A DNA stretch of 47,870 nucleotides from Candidatus Kaiserbacteria bacterium (GTDB lineage Bacteria > Patescibacteriota > Minisyncoccia > Phycocordibacterales > JABMNX01). Within the stretch, counting starts at the first letter, position 1; each line of letters begins with the position of its first letter. The stretch spans positions 1 through 47,870 of the forward strand of contig JABMNX010000035.1 of the NCBI GenBank assembly GCA_013204405.1, read 5' to 3'. This document shows, in pieces, positions 1-9,848 of this stretch. The translations under genes and the position numbers were made by a program. The notes beneath the pieces are model-generated. The model was given only the letters and a program-made list of their open reading frames with translations. It searched no databases and was not told the origin of the DNA.

Positions 1-109
1 TATTCTATCCTCAACATCAATAAATTGCGGTACTTGGTATCGCATACCTTTATTATACTGTATTTAATACGTTATTTAAGTAAGCTATACACTTCTTTAC
101 GCAAGTGAC

Positions 110-640
110 TTACTCAATAGGTTCTCGGTAAGGATCAATTGGATAATTTTTTGTTGGACTAATCTTGATTTCTTTGCTTTGCTGCTTTACAACTGACTCG
201 AGCTTGTTGTGGATTGCTACAGGCGGTAGTGTCTTTGGTTGGACTGGATGGATTGAAGCATCTGTGGGTATTGGATTGGGGGTAATGGTGTGACTTACTT
301 CGGTATTTGATGACGGTGAGGCTGTTGACTCTTTTAGTGTATTTCGTATCGAGAGGAATATATCTTTTCCAACATCACGTGCTAATTGCCCTGCCTGCTC
401 ACTCGATATGTTTAGTTCTTTTTTTAGGTTTTCTTCATACTTCCCTGCCTGTTCTACCCCAAGGAGCACCATATAAGTTTCGTTTTCAAGAATTTGTCCT
501 TGGTCGAGGTGAAGTCGATATTTTTGTGCTATTTCGCGGAGTTTTTCAGCAACTTCAGTGGAGGTAATTGCTTCCTGTAGTTTTGGGGGGAGTTTTGCAA
601 ATCGCTCCTGTATCATGAGATGGACATTTGTTTTTTCCAT
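110..640 (-). CDS. hypothetical soluble protein, paralog of the adjacent 141-aa ORF
   Basis: 176-aa ORF, last gene of a tightly packed minus-strand operon (1-nt gap to the upstream stop). No hydrophobic segment. Residues ~15-100 align by eye with ORF 642..1067 (shared ..LP......S......IA.KY.L......L.NE....LLGVE....F...L...L.....QA..L.R.....IF). Pro/Thr/Ser-rich tail. No family recognised. Confidence 0.6.
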   Translation of the reverse strand: MEKTNVHLMIQERFAKLPPKLQEAITSTEVAEKLREIAQKYRLHLDQGQILENETYMVLLGVEQAGKYEENLKKELNISSEQAGQLARDVGKDIFLSIRNTLKESTASPSSNTEVSHTITPNPIPTDASIHPVQPKTLPPVAIHNKLESVVKQQSKEIKISPTKNYPIDPYREPIE

Positions 641-641
641 A

Positions 642-1067
642 TTATTTTAGGTTAGCGATAAGGTTTTTAATGTTTACAGTCTTACTATTTTTTCGTAAAA
701 GTTCTCGCATAGCATCCGCATCACTTTCTAAAGATTCCTTTACGTCCACTTCATTTACTACCTCGACTTCTTTTGGCTTTTCAGCTAGTGAGAAAATAGT
801 ATGAGTGAGCTCTCTAGTTAAGTTGTCCGCCTGCTCTTTTTCCATACCGAGCACCTCCATAAGGTCATCAGCAAATGTGTTAGGGTCTTCAACTCCCAAA
901 AGAACAAGCCCAACTTCGTTTAAAAGCATGTCAGTATTGGAGGGGTTTAGTGAGTATTTTTCAGCAAGACGAGTAACTTCTCGTGCGGTGTTTGGAGACG
1001 TAAGCAGGTCCTTTGTGTTTTGAGGAAGTGCGTTATATAGTTTTTCTAATTCTTGTTCTGTTGGCAT
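642..1067 (-). CDS. hypothetical soluble protein, paralog of ORF 110..640
   Basis: 141-aa ORF 11 nt downstream of the polytopic membrane protein gene. Shares the LLGVE-containing helical module with the next ORF. Confidence 0.6.
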   Translation of the reverse strand: MPTEQELEKLYNALPQNTKDLLTSPNTAREVTRLAEKYSLNPSNTDMLLNEVGLVLLGVEDPNTFADDLMEVLGMEKEQADNLTRELTHTIFSLAEKPKEVEVVNEVDVKESLESDADAMRELLRKNSKTVNIKNLIANLK

Positions 1068-1078
1068 AGTCTATATTA

Positions 1079-3385
1079 TTAGCTTTTTTTCTCTTTGTTA
1101 AATTCTTGCTTAGCCTCTTTTGCTTTTCGTTCTTTGTTTTGTAGGTCGTTTTTTGTCTCTTCCTGGTCTGAACGTGTTTCTCGTAGTTTTCTCTTTGTCT
1201 CTAATTGCTCTGCTTCCAAATCTTTAATAGTTTTTTCAACCCTGTCCGACCTGGCAGTATCATTTTTAGCTATTGATTTTCGCTCATCCTCCGCGTGTTT
1301 TAATTTAAGAGTGACATCATCGATATTACTTTGGATTTCGTTTAGTCTTTTTTGTGACTCCCTATTAAAGGTTTTAAGCGCCTCACTCGTTGCGGTGCTT
1401 CCTCTGTTAGTTTCAGCGTGTTTTCTCATTTCTTTAGCTACCTTCATGTTTGCATCGTATATTGATGGTGAGATTACTTGGTCTATTACAAAGTCAGCGG
1501 ACTTAATTGTACCCCGTGTGACTCGTGCTGCTGTGCTATTTTCCAAGAAGTTACTCATTCTTGCACGTCTGTTCTCACGTATTTTCTTTGTATTTTTAAT
1601 CTCCGATTCAGCAGCTGCCAGTCCTTTAAATCCACTTAGGGCAGGATCCTTTCTAGCCCTATCCAGGTTTTTTTCTAGTTTTGCAGCGTCTAGTTTACCC
1701 AAGACACTATTAACGGCGCCACCTACACTATCGCCCATAACATTTGCAACTGTTTGTGCGACACCGGTTTCAAGGTTTTTAGCATATTCTTCCCTTAATT
1801 CATTTTTTCTTTTTTCTTTGTCCTTTTTATCTAGGGTTCCTTTATCTATTTCCGACTTAGTCATAGCTTCAATAGCATCCTCCCCTGTTTTATGTCGCCG
1901 TTCTTCCATTTTCTTCAAAGTAGCTTGGTAACCTCCTTCTTGAGGTTTTCCTACAAAGTTAGCTGCACCTGAAATATTTCCAAGGGGTTTTCGCGCGTCA
2001 AAGCTTGATTTTGCAGTACCCTGTAATCCACGAAGCAAAGCCCCGCCAACTTTTGGTGAACGGAGTGCCATTCTTCCAGCAAAATTAGATTCTGATGCAA
2101 ATTTTGCACCCCGTCCGACAGTTGCTCGTCCAAACGCACCAGCTAGACCAAATGGAAGTCGCAAAGCAGTCCGTGTTCCAAACTTACCAAGATTCTTCCC
2201 TACTTTTGTAAGTCCCTCAGACCCTTTTATAGAAAGCTCATTAGCTATCATGATTGAAGCAAGCATGAGTGATATCAGAATAATAAAATTAAGCATCATA
2301 CCAATACTTGCCGACCGTTCTTGCGGGTTAGGAGAGAATGAATCAAGTAATCCAGCATCCTTACCAACAAAAGTTGCGGTAATGTCCGGGATAATATTTG
2401 CTATAACCCAGAACAACATCAAGAGTACGGGAGCAAAAATGGCGTATTGCCACAGTTTACTCCACCATTTGTCTGTCCATTTCTGTGTGTTTGGTACCAC
2501 AAATGCAGCAAATGCAAGTGGCGAGAGTATAGCAAGTAGAATAAAGCCAACAGCTCGAGTGATGAGCATGATTGCTGCGAATATAAAAACAAACGCTGTA
2601 ATCATTAAGAAAATTGAGGTAAATATTGAGTACAAAAACATAAGACCAAACCCACCAGACGGTGAGTAGTTGAGTTCATTTAATGTTTTAAGTACATTAT
2701 CTGTTTCCCATATACTCGTTACTCCGAGGTGTTGCATAAACGTGTTTGCAATTCCATTACTCCCGTCACTGTCCGATACAGAGGCCCCTTGGTAGAATTG
2801 GAGTGCAAAGATATTTGAAGAGTCAATTACAAATTTAGTAAAGAAAAGACTAAAATTGATTATAAGCGCAACTATAATGAGTCGTGCCAGTAGTTTTTTA
2901 TACCCGTAATTTGTTGCACCAAGAATTGTTGATATAGCGATCGTTAAGAGTCCAAATATAAAAAATATATTTGCGAGGTCTCGAAGCGTTCCCCACGCAG
3001 AGTCTATACCCTCTATTGCTGTGAAGTGAGTTCCAAACTTTAAAACAGTTTCAAGAACAGTGAAGTTGAGAAGTTGTCCTGCAATGTACACAAAGAAACT
3101 AGAAATAAAAATTGGCAACAGGGCGATGTTTTCCATGAGGGCATTTATGTTGTTTTCAAAAACATCTGCCCATGTATGGGATGACCTGATTATTCCATCT
3201 TTACCTCTCGCGAGTCCTTTTTTAGCCAAGTCTGCATCTGACTGTTTTTGTACTGGCGTCGTGGTTTCTTGAGCCAGTGCTTTTGTAGTATATATTTCTA
3301 GAGAAATAGACTGGGAATCTACACCAAACGATAGTGGAGTGTAGAGGAAGGTTAGTATAAGACTGATGAGAATAAATTTCTTCAT
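1079..3385 (-). CDS. polytopic membrane protein with long Lys/Glu-rich coiled-coil tail (VirB6/TrbL-like architecture, unproven)
   Basis: 768 aa. Signal-like N-terminus, then about 8 or more hydrophobic helices (residues ~85-390), a Gly/Ala-rich linker and a ~250-aa highly charged C-terminus. The long antisense ORFs on the + strand are mirror artefacts. Confidence 0.75.
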   Translation of the reverse strand: MKKFILISLILTFLYTPLSFGVDSQSISLEIYTTKALAQETTTPVQKQSDADLAKKGLARGKDGIIRSSHTWADVFENNINALMENIALLPIFISSFFVYIAGQLLNFTVLETVLKFGTHFTAIEGIDSAWGTLRDLANIFFIFGLLTIAISTILGATNYGYKKLLARLIIVALIINFSLFFTKFVIDSSNIFALQFYQGASVSDSDGSNGIANTFMQHLGVTSIWETDNVLKTLNELNYSPSGGFGLMFLYSIFTSIFLMITAFVFIFAAIMLITRAVGFILLAILSPLAFAAFVVPNTQKWTDKWWSKLWQYAIFAPVLLMLFWVIANIIPDITATFVGKDAGLLDSFSPNPQERSASIGMMLNFIILISLMLASIMIANELSIKGSEGLTKVGKNLGKFGTRTALRLPFGLAGAFGRATVGRGAKFASESNFAGRMALRSPKVGGALLRGLQGTAKSSFDARKPLGNISGAANFVGKPQEGGYQATLKKMEERRHKTGEDAIEAMTKSEIDKGTLDKKDKEKRKNELREEYAKNLETGVAQTVANVMGDSVGGAVNSVLGKLDAAKLEKNLDRARKDPALSGFKGLAAAESEIKNTKKIRENRRARMSNFLENSTAARVTRGTIKSADFVIDQVISPSIYDANMKVAKEMRKHAETNRGSTATSEALKTFNRESQKRLNEIQSNIDDVTLKLKHAEDERKSIAKNDTARSDRVEKTIKDLEAEQLETKRKLRETRSDQEETKNDLQNKERKAKEAKQEFNKEKKS

Positions 3386-3388
3386 AAG

Positions 3389-5002
3389 TTATTGAGTTTG
3401 AGCGTCTGCCCTCTTGGGAAATTCACCACACGTAGCTAAGTTTAAGTTAGTTGTTACATTCATCGCTTCAGTAATATCTTGAATATCCTCCTTTTGCTGT
3501 TGAGCAATTACGAAATCTGGCTGCGAGTGGATAGTCTTGTTTTTTATAAGTGGATCAAGTTCATTCTCCATAACCCGTTCAACCCCAAACTGCGATGTTG
3601 CATTTTGGAGATTTTCTTTGATAACAAGTAGCCGTGATATATTGTTTTGAGCTTGTTCAATCTCATTTGTTAATAGAGTCTGAAGTGGAGTAAGACTTGC
3701 AGTAATTGTTGACGTTGCTGAATTCATCCTCTCTGTTGCAGTAGCACGTTCGTCGAGTGTTAATGTTGGACTTTGGGTTGTTGATAGTTTGTCTGCATAA
3801 CACTGTGACAGTGATTCAAGAAGGCTTTCTGATGCATTAAGTCGCGCTACAGAGACGTTTTTCGCACTGATGTATTGGTTTTCAGTGCTAATAGAGCCAT
3901 CAACTACGGTTAACCCATAACTACGAAACTCCGTTTCAGAGTTTTGTGCGGAACTTTCTACAAGTTGGTCAACGTATGATGGTTGACTAAAGCTGTTACG
4001 ACTAAGTCCTGAGAATCCATTCTTAGAACCCCCAAGGACTTGGTTGGCTAATTGTCCAAGAAGTGCTCCAATAATCTCATTAATTTCATCAGCAAGTTCA
4101 AGTTGTCGAAAACCAGAACCAATAACTTGACTTAATTGTTCATTAATAACAACTCCTGGGGTTGCTATTCTACAATTGAATCTACCTACTGATATATTAG
4201 CGCTGTTGTTAGGGTCTTGTGTCCCACCAGAATCACATACTTCGTATGACTTGAAACCACGCCCCCAATCAAGAATACTTTGTTGACTAGCTTGGGCGCT
4301 CGTAACTGATTTTCGTGCTGCTTGGCGAGACCCTAAAAAAGAACCGTATGCATTGTTGTGTGGGTTTATTGAGAGCTCAAACCATGAGTCCCACGCATTC
4401 CCTGAACTAAAGTCTCCAAATGAATCTTGTACATTCTGAATTGCACCAGTGAGAGTACAAGAGACTCTGTCTCTTGTAGAAGCGTAATAATCAAGAGCAA
4501 GATTGATGCGGATATTTATTTGGAATGGACTACATAAGAAAGCAAGTTCCGAACCCTCGATGTATGTTCCGAGTACTTGGTCTCCTACGTCAAGTAAAAA
4601 TCCCTCAAGATCAGTGATGAATGCTGGGTCGCCCTCAAAACCACTGTTAATCCAATTTACAATACTTCGTGTTAAGCTCGATATAAGCACCTCACGAATC
4701 ACTGTTGTAAGTCCGTCGAGTACACAATCTTTATTTTTTATCGCACCCGTATTTGAAGTGACGGGAGAGTCATTAACTGGAACTACTAACCCGACAATAC
4801 TTGCACCTACCCCTAAAATACCTTCTATGTATCCTCCTGCAAGACATCCGAGTGAACCCGCAGCACCTGAGATTGTGGAGCTACCACGGTTTCCATCATC
4901 AGGTATGGCGTATGCAGTGGGAACAAAAATCCCAAAACTAAGTGGAGTTATAATTACTACTATAAGCGCGAGAGCAATGGTGTTTTTAGTAAAAAAATTC
5001 AT
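3389..5002 (-). CDS. secreted/anchored Cys-containing envelope protein, unknown function
   Basis: 537 aa. N-terminal hydrophobic signal/anchor, a second Gly-rich hydrophobic stretch, multiple Cys, and a Gln/Ser/Thr-rich C-terminal half. The start ATG shares one nt with the upstream stop (TAATG). Confidence 0.75.
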   Translation of the reverse strand: MNFFTKNTIALALIVVIITPLSFGIFVPTAYAIPDDGNRGSSTISGAAGSLGCLAGGYIEGILGVGASIVGLVVPVNDSPVTSNTGAIKNKDCVLDGLTTVIREVLISSLTRSIVNWINSGFEGDPAFITDLEGFLLDVGDQVLGTYIEGSELAFLCSPFQINIRINLALDYYASTRDRVSCTLTGAIQNVQDSFGDFSSGNAWDSWFELSINPHNNAYGSFLGSRQAARKSVTSAQASQQSILDWGRGFKSYEVCDSGGTQDPNNSANISVGRFNCRIATPGVVINEQLSQVIGSGFRQLELADEINEIIGALLGQLANQVLGGSKNGFSGLSRNSFSQPSYVDQLVESSAQNSETEFRSYGLTVVDGSISTENQYISAKNVSVARLNASESLLESLSQCYADKLSTTQSPTLTLDERATATERMNSATSTITASLTPLQTLLTNEIEQAQNNISRLLVIKENLQNATSQFGVERVMENELDPLIKNKTIHSQPDFVIAQQQKEDIQDITEAMNVTTNLNLATCGEFPKRADAQTQ

Positions 5003-5913
5003 TATGATGTGACGCCTTTAGCGAGTAAATATGTTTTTAGTCGCTCGACCGATGCTTTGATAAGGTCTTCTCCTTTCGTATATCCATTTACCGCAACAAG
5101 AGCTGTGAGAGGATCATCTTCTACATGAATCATTGTATCAAGAACTCCAGAAAAAAAACTAAAAGCATTGAGTATATCTACATGTATTTCCACAGCTTCT
5201 ATTGGAACAGAGACAAGTAGCATGTTTGATATGGTGTCTTCATACGCACTTTTTGCAAACTCTAATTTTGTAAATCCGTTTTTATCCCCCCCATCAACAA
5301 TTTGTGCAAATGTAATGAGCTCGTCTTCAGTGACAGAAAATAATGGAACCCATGCTTCATTAAGCGCGGTTCGGTATGTACGTGCACGGACCTTTGAGTC
5401 TTGTTGTTCTTGAGTATCAATAACAACATCATCTTCTGTATACGTTTTATATAAAATAGTTGGGAGACTACTTTCAACAAGCCCTGCCACAAAATTTTCT
5501 TCAATATTTGTTCCTAGGTAGCGTCGTTTTTTTAAGTCGATATACCCTTCGAATAATTGAAACGCTAATTTTTCAGTACCAGGGAGTTCATCTATCTTAC
5601 TTCGGTCAATTCCTCCAGATGATTTTATTTCGTCACTATTCTCCTCCCCGTCTAAGATTCCATCTCCGTCAGTATCGGGGTTTTGCGGGTCAGTTCCAAA
5701 TAGTATTTCCTCCCAGTCTTTAAGTCCGTCAGAGTCAGAGTCGATTGCTACTGTCTTAGTAACTATTTTTTTTAGGTCGTCATTTACCTGTAAATTTTTT
5801 ACTGTAGATTTATTACCCGTATTGCCTGTAAAGAAAAAGGCACCGCCAATAAGCAGTGTCCCAATGACTACGGCGATAAGTACAACGTTTTTCTTTAAGA
5901 AACGCCCCTCCAT
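5002..5913 (-). CDS. membrane-anchored protein with thrombospondin type-3-like Ca-binding repeats
   Basis: 303 aa. N-terminal TM helix, then DSDSDGLKDWEEILFGTDPQNPDTDGDGILDGEE (DxDxDG repeats). Confidence 0.7.
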   Translation of the reverse strand: MEGRFLKKNVVLIAVVIGTLLIGGAFFFTGNTGNKSTVKNLQVNDDLKKIVTKTVAIDSDSDGLKDWEEILFGTDPQNPDTDGDGILDGEENSDEIKSSGGIDRSKIDELPGTEKLAFQLFEGYIDLKKRRYLGTNIEENFVAGLVESSLPTILYKTYTEDDVVIDTQEQQDSKVRARTYRTALNEAWVPLFSVTEDELITFAQIVDGGDKNGFTKLEFAKSAYEDTISNMLLVSVPIEAVEIHVDILNAFSFFSGVLDTMIHVEDDPLTALVAVNGYTKGEDLIKASVERLKTYLLAKGVTS

Positions 5914-5946
5914 GCCCTTAGTATAGCAGTGTTTAGCGGTATGTTC

Positions 5947-6669
5947 CTAGAACGGAAGTGTGAATAGAGAGCCAGGTTCAAATTTATCAAAATAAACACC
6001 CCGCACTCGAAGATACTGAGCAAGGTTTAGGTAAGCATTGATGTATTGAGGAGGTACTTTGTTGTAAGCAGTTAACGCCTCTTCAGTTATTTTACTTTCT
6101 GAAAGTGTCCTTAGTGCATCGCCGACAACTTGATGTACAGACATAAAATCTTTATGGAACAGAGAAATAGAGGAGGGTGTTTCAATAGATAATAATTTGT
6201 TTGATATATTTATATACCGTTTACTAAGAGAGAGTAGTTCGTTACGAGCGTTTTGGTCCTCAGGTTTAGTAACAAATGCGCTGAGAATACTGACTTCATC
6301 AAGTGTCTCTGGTAAGTATGTATCACTTATCTTTCCCACCTCATTTCCATATTTTTTAAGTTCAGCACGTTCAATATTAGAGACTGGTATAGTTATTTCA
6401 TCTGTTGTTGACGTATCTTTTTGTAAAAATGTAGCCAATGATATTTTTTCTATTGAATGGAGCGTGTCTTCTGTGTTAGCGATATCTACTGATTGATAGA
6501 GAGGTAGTTTTTCGTTAGACCCTGATACAAAAAGAGAGGAAGATATGTTTTTAGTAGTACCCTGGGTTCCTTTGTTTTTTTTATTAAACGAAGGAATGAA
6601 AAGTAAAAAGAATACTAAAATAATTACAAAGGTAATTAAGGCACTTAGGCGTATAATAGGTAGTTTCAT
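5947..6669 (-). CDS. membrane-anchored hypothetical protein (first gene of the envelope operon)
   Basis: 240 aa, single N-terminal TM helix, no recognised domain. Confidence 0.65.
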   Translation of the reverse strand: MKLPIIRLSALITFVIILVFFLLFIPSFNKKNKGTQGTTKNISSSLFVSGSNEKLPLYQSVDIANTEDTLHSIEKISLATFLQKDTSTTDEITIPVSNIERAELKKYGNEVGKISDTYLPETLDEVSILSAFVTKPEDQNARNELLSLSKRYINISNKLLSIETPSSISLFHKDFMSVHQVVGDALRTLSESKITEEALTAYNKVPPQYINAYLNLAQYLRVRGVYFDKFEPGSLFTLPF

Positions 6670-6706
6670 ATGGCTAGTATACCATTTACAGTGATATACT
6701 AAATCT

Positions 6707-7066
6707 ATGATTAGAAGTGAACTTACTAGCGAGATTCAAAAATTATTTGTGGCGATACTATTGTTTGTAATTGTATTTATATCTTTCCCGGTTGATGTAC
6801 AAGCTATTACCAAACCGTTTGGCGGGAGGACACTGACAGCTATTAGTTGTAGAAATGCGGTTATCTATACCATTATCGGACCACCTGTTGGGGGTAGTTA
6901 TATCTGGGGACCGTTTACACGGACATTTCTCTATGGACCACCCTCAGTTGGACGGTGGAACCTTGGTACAGCTGGACCACCAAGCATCTGTGTTGTGTCT
7001 ATTAATCCTCCTATATTTTTCTTTGGACTTACTATGATTATGCTCGGCACAAGCGGAGGTATCTAG
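6707..7066 (+). CDS. small secreted Pro/Gly-rich protein with C-terminal hydrophobic segment
   Basis: 119 aa, divergent from the envelope operon with only 37 bp between the start codons. Signal-like N-terminus ending ..VDVQA, two Cys, GPP/GG-rich core, hydrophobic C-terminus ending MLGTSGGI. Confidence 0.55.
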   Translation: MIRSELTSEIQKLFVAILLFVIVFISFPVDVQAITKPFGGRTLTAISCRNAVIYTIIGPPVGGSYIWGPFTRTFLYGPPSVGRWNLGTAGPPSICVVSINPPIFFFGLTMIMLGTSGGI

Positions 7067-7102
7067 ATTTCTATAGACTTTTGAGTGTAAATTGTCTTGA
7101 TA

Positions 7103-7885
7103 CTAGTCTAGGTGGTAAGTGATTTCTTTCCATGTTTTAAGTGGTATATCTTCAGCACGTATTTTTAGGTCTATAGAAAGCTTTTCAAATATCTGGGAGA
7201 GCTCTTTCCTATCTTTGATTTTTTCGAGGTTGTTAAGCACTTGTTTCCGTTTACTCGAGAACCCAGTTTTTATGGCTGTAAAGAAGGTTTCTTCTGATAT
7301 ATTTTTGAAGAAATCTCGCGAAATATCCGTAATTAAAAGGATTGCAGAGTCAACCTTTGGGGACGGTCGGAATGCTCCAGGTTTAATAGTTCCAATATAT
7401 TGTGGTGTTCCATATGCCTTAACACTTAATGACAATATACTTTCTTTGGTTTCCCGTGCGATACGTTCAGCAATTTCTTTCTGCACGATAAGGACAACTG
7501 TGTTTGGTTGGATAGTGTTTGTTAAAAGAGTACGAATAAGAATCCCAGTTATGTAATAGGGAATATTTGCAACAACTTTATATGAGCCATTAGTTATAGG
7601 AAATGTGCTGAAATCGCATTTTAAAATGTCATCATGAAAAAGTTCAAGTTTTTTATTTTTTATATCCTCTTTAAATGTTTCTTTTAGTTTTTCTACTAGT
7701 TCCCAATCTTTTTCAATTGCTATGACTTTTTTTGCGCACATAAGAAGTTCTTTTGTAAGTGCGCCATTTCCAGGGCCAATTTCGAGAACGATATCGTTCT
7801 TTGTTATACGAGCAGCTGCTACAGTTTTTTCAATTGTGTGTGGAGCAATGAGAAAATATTGACCGAGTGATTTTTTCGCAATCAT
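7103..7885 (-). CDS. rsmA: 16S rRNA (adenine1518/1519-N6)-dimethyltransferase RsmA/KsgA
   Basis: 260 aa. N-terminal KKSLGQYFL motif and SAM-binding EIGPGNGALT motif typical of KsgA. Confidence 0.9.
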   Translation of the reverse strand: MIAKKSLGQYFLIAPHTIEKTVAAARITKNDIVLEIGPGNGALTKELLMCAKKVIAIEKDWELVEKLKETFKEDIKNKKLELFHDDILKCDFSTFPITNGSYKVVANIPYYITGILIRTLLTNTIQPNTVVLIVQKEIAERIARETKESILSLSVKAYGTPQYIGTIKPGAFRPSPKVDSAILLITDISRDFFKNISEETFFTAIKTGFSSKRKQVLNNLEKIKDRKELSQIFEKLSIDLKIRAEDIPLKTWKEITYHLD

Positions 7886-7895
7886 ATATTGTTTT

Positions 7896-9848
7896 TTATT
7901 CTATTATAAGCAAGTCTCCTCGTTTTTGAAACGCTTCCCCCTCAGTTTCAATATACTCATCAGGAATATCACTAATAAAATCAGACGGAAGACGAACTTC
8001 TCGTGAACCAAAAATCATTCGTGTTGATGCAAACGTTAAGAACACTTTTTTACGTGCACGGGTGAGTGCCACATAAAACAATCTCCTCTCCTCTTCACTG
8101 TCTCTGTCATCGTTTGAGTGTTGTGGAAATAAATCTTCTTCAAGCCCAGATACAAATACGTAATCAAATTCCAAACCTTTGGAAGCGTGTACCGTCATAA
8201 GCTTTACTGCGTCAGTTTCTTTTTCTAGAGAATCCTGATCAGTTGCGAGCGCAGCATCCTCAAGTAATTTTTCCATTCCCTCCTGAGGAGAGAAATTATC
8301 GTACTTTGTTGCTAGCGTCACAAGTTCGTACACGTTTTGTAGCCGCTCTAGGTTCTCCTCTTTGTGGCTGTCTTTTCCGCTTTTGAGGAGAGTTTCCAGT
8401 CCACTTTCCTTTAATATGTACTTCACTGTTTCTGACGGTTTGTGTGCGACACCATACTCACGAATATGGACAAGAAGGGTTTTAAAATCGTCGACCCGTT
8501 TTTTCATTACAGGAGAAAGTTCATGGTCACGTTTTTCAATCATCCGAAGTAGTGTTACCTTCCCTATTCCACGAGGTGGAACATCGATAATACGTTTAAT
8601 ATCGGCGGTATTTTCAGGATTATATGCCGCTCTCATAAACGAGAGAATATCTTTAACTTCTTTTCGTTCAAAGAAACGAGTCCCAAGAACTTGGTATGGA
8701 ATATCTTCGTATAAAAACACTTCCTCTAAAATTCGTGATTGAAAGTTTGTTCGGTACAGCACCGCGATTTCTTTGTGTGCCACACCATTTTTAACAAGCC
8801 TCTCTACTTCTTGTGTGATGTAGTGTGCTTCAGCTTCTTCATCATATCCACTAGATACAACAATTTTCTCTCCACTACTTTGTTTTGTGAAAAGTTTTTT
8901 TTCAACACGGTTTTTATTTTTTTCTATAATAGCATTTGATGCTCCAAGAATATTTTGTGTTGAGCGATAGTTTTCTTCAAGTAGTACTGTGGTTGTGTTT
9001 GGGTACGTGGTTTCGAAGTCGAGTAAGTTTTGGATATCTGCTCCACGCCAACTATAGATATTTTGGTCTATGTCCCCCACTACGCATATATTTTTAGAAG
9101 TTCCAGCGAGAAGTTCAGATATTCTATATTGAACTTTGTTTGTATCTTGGTATTCATCAATTAGAATATATTTCCATGTGTTGTTATATTTGTTTCGCAC
9201 ATCATCGTTATGTTCAAGTAAGACCATCATTTTTAAAAGGAGGTCGTCAAAGTCGAGTGAGCATTCTTTTTTAAGTATATCTTCATATCTTTCCCACACC
9301 TGTGAAACCACTCGCTTCATAAAATCGTTTCCTGCATTCTCTTGGTAAGATGGTAGAGAAATACCATCGCCTTTTGCACGAGAAATAAGGCCAAGGACCT
9401 TACGAGGTTCGAATTGTTTTTGGTCAACATCACTTTTTTTCATTGCCTCTTTTATTGCGCGTATGGAGTCACTCCGGTCGAAGATGCTGAAGTGTCGTTT
9501 TAAACCTAGTAACGTCGCATTCTCTTTTATAATATGCACCCCGAGCGCATGAAATGTTGAAACAAAAGGAGTTGGTGCACGGAGAGAAGATTGGGAGATA
9601 GGAAGATTAAGGTCTCTATCGCTTCGTATAAGTTCTAAAATACGCTCCCGCATTTCCTTTGCTGATTTGTTTGTAAAGGTGACAGCAAGTATTTCTTCCG
9701 GCAGTACCCCGTCTTTTAACAAGTGAAGCACGCGATGTGCTAGGACACGTGTCTTTCCAGCCCCAGCACCAGCAATGATAAGTAGAGGACCGTCTTTATG
9801 CAGTACTGCTGTGCGTTGATTTTCGTTTAAATCATCTAAGTAGTTCAC
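7896..9848 (-). CDS. pcrA: UvrD/PcrA-family ATP-dependent DNA helicase
   Basis: 650 aa. Walker A AGAGAGKTRVL, the DEYQDTN box and the TVHASKGLEF motif near the C-terminus are all present. Confidence 0.9.
   Translation of the reverse strand: MNYLDDLNENQRTAVLHKDGPLLIIAGAGAGKTRVLAHRVLHLLKDGVLPEEILAVTFTNKSAKEMRERILELIRSDRDLNLPISQSSLRAPTPFVSTFHALGVHIIKENATLLGLKRHFSIFDRSDSIRAIKEAMKKSDVDQKQFEPRKVLGLISRAKGDGISLPSYQENAGNDFMKRVVSQVWERYEDILKKECSLDFDDLLLKMMVLLEHNDDVRNKYNNTWKYILIDEYQDTNKVQYRISELLAGTSKNICVVGDIDQNIYSWRGADIQNLLDFETTYPNTTTVLLEENYRSTQNILGASNAIIEKNKNRVEKKLFTKQSSGEKIVVSSGYDEEAEAHYITQEVERLVKNGVAHKEIAVLYRTNFQSRILEEVFLYEDIPYQVLGTRFFERKEVKDILSFMRAAYNPENTADIKRIIDVPPRGIGKVTLLRMIEKRDHELSPVMKKRVDDFKTLLVHIREYGVAHKPSETVKYILKESGLETLLKSGKDSHKEENLERLQNVYELVTLATKYDNFSPQEGMEKLLEDAALATDQDSLEKETDAVKLMTVHASKGLEFDYVFVSGLEEDLFPQHSNDDRDSEEERRLFYVALTRARKKVFLTFASTRMIFGSREVRLPSDFISDIPDEYIETEGEAFQKRGDLLIIE

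Noticed and set aside
1095-1931. 278-aa plus-strand ORF and other long antisense ORFs (e.g. 39066..39800, 37638..38132, 34348..34734)
   Set aside because: These are low-complexity Ser/Phe/Leu-rich mirror frames of Lys/Glu-rich coiled-coil genes on the opposite strand. They have no RBS and lie entirely inside well-supported genes.
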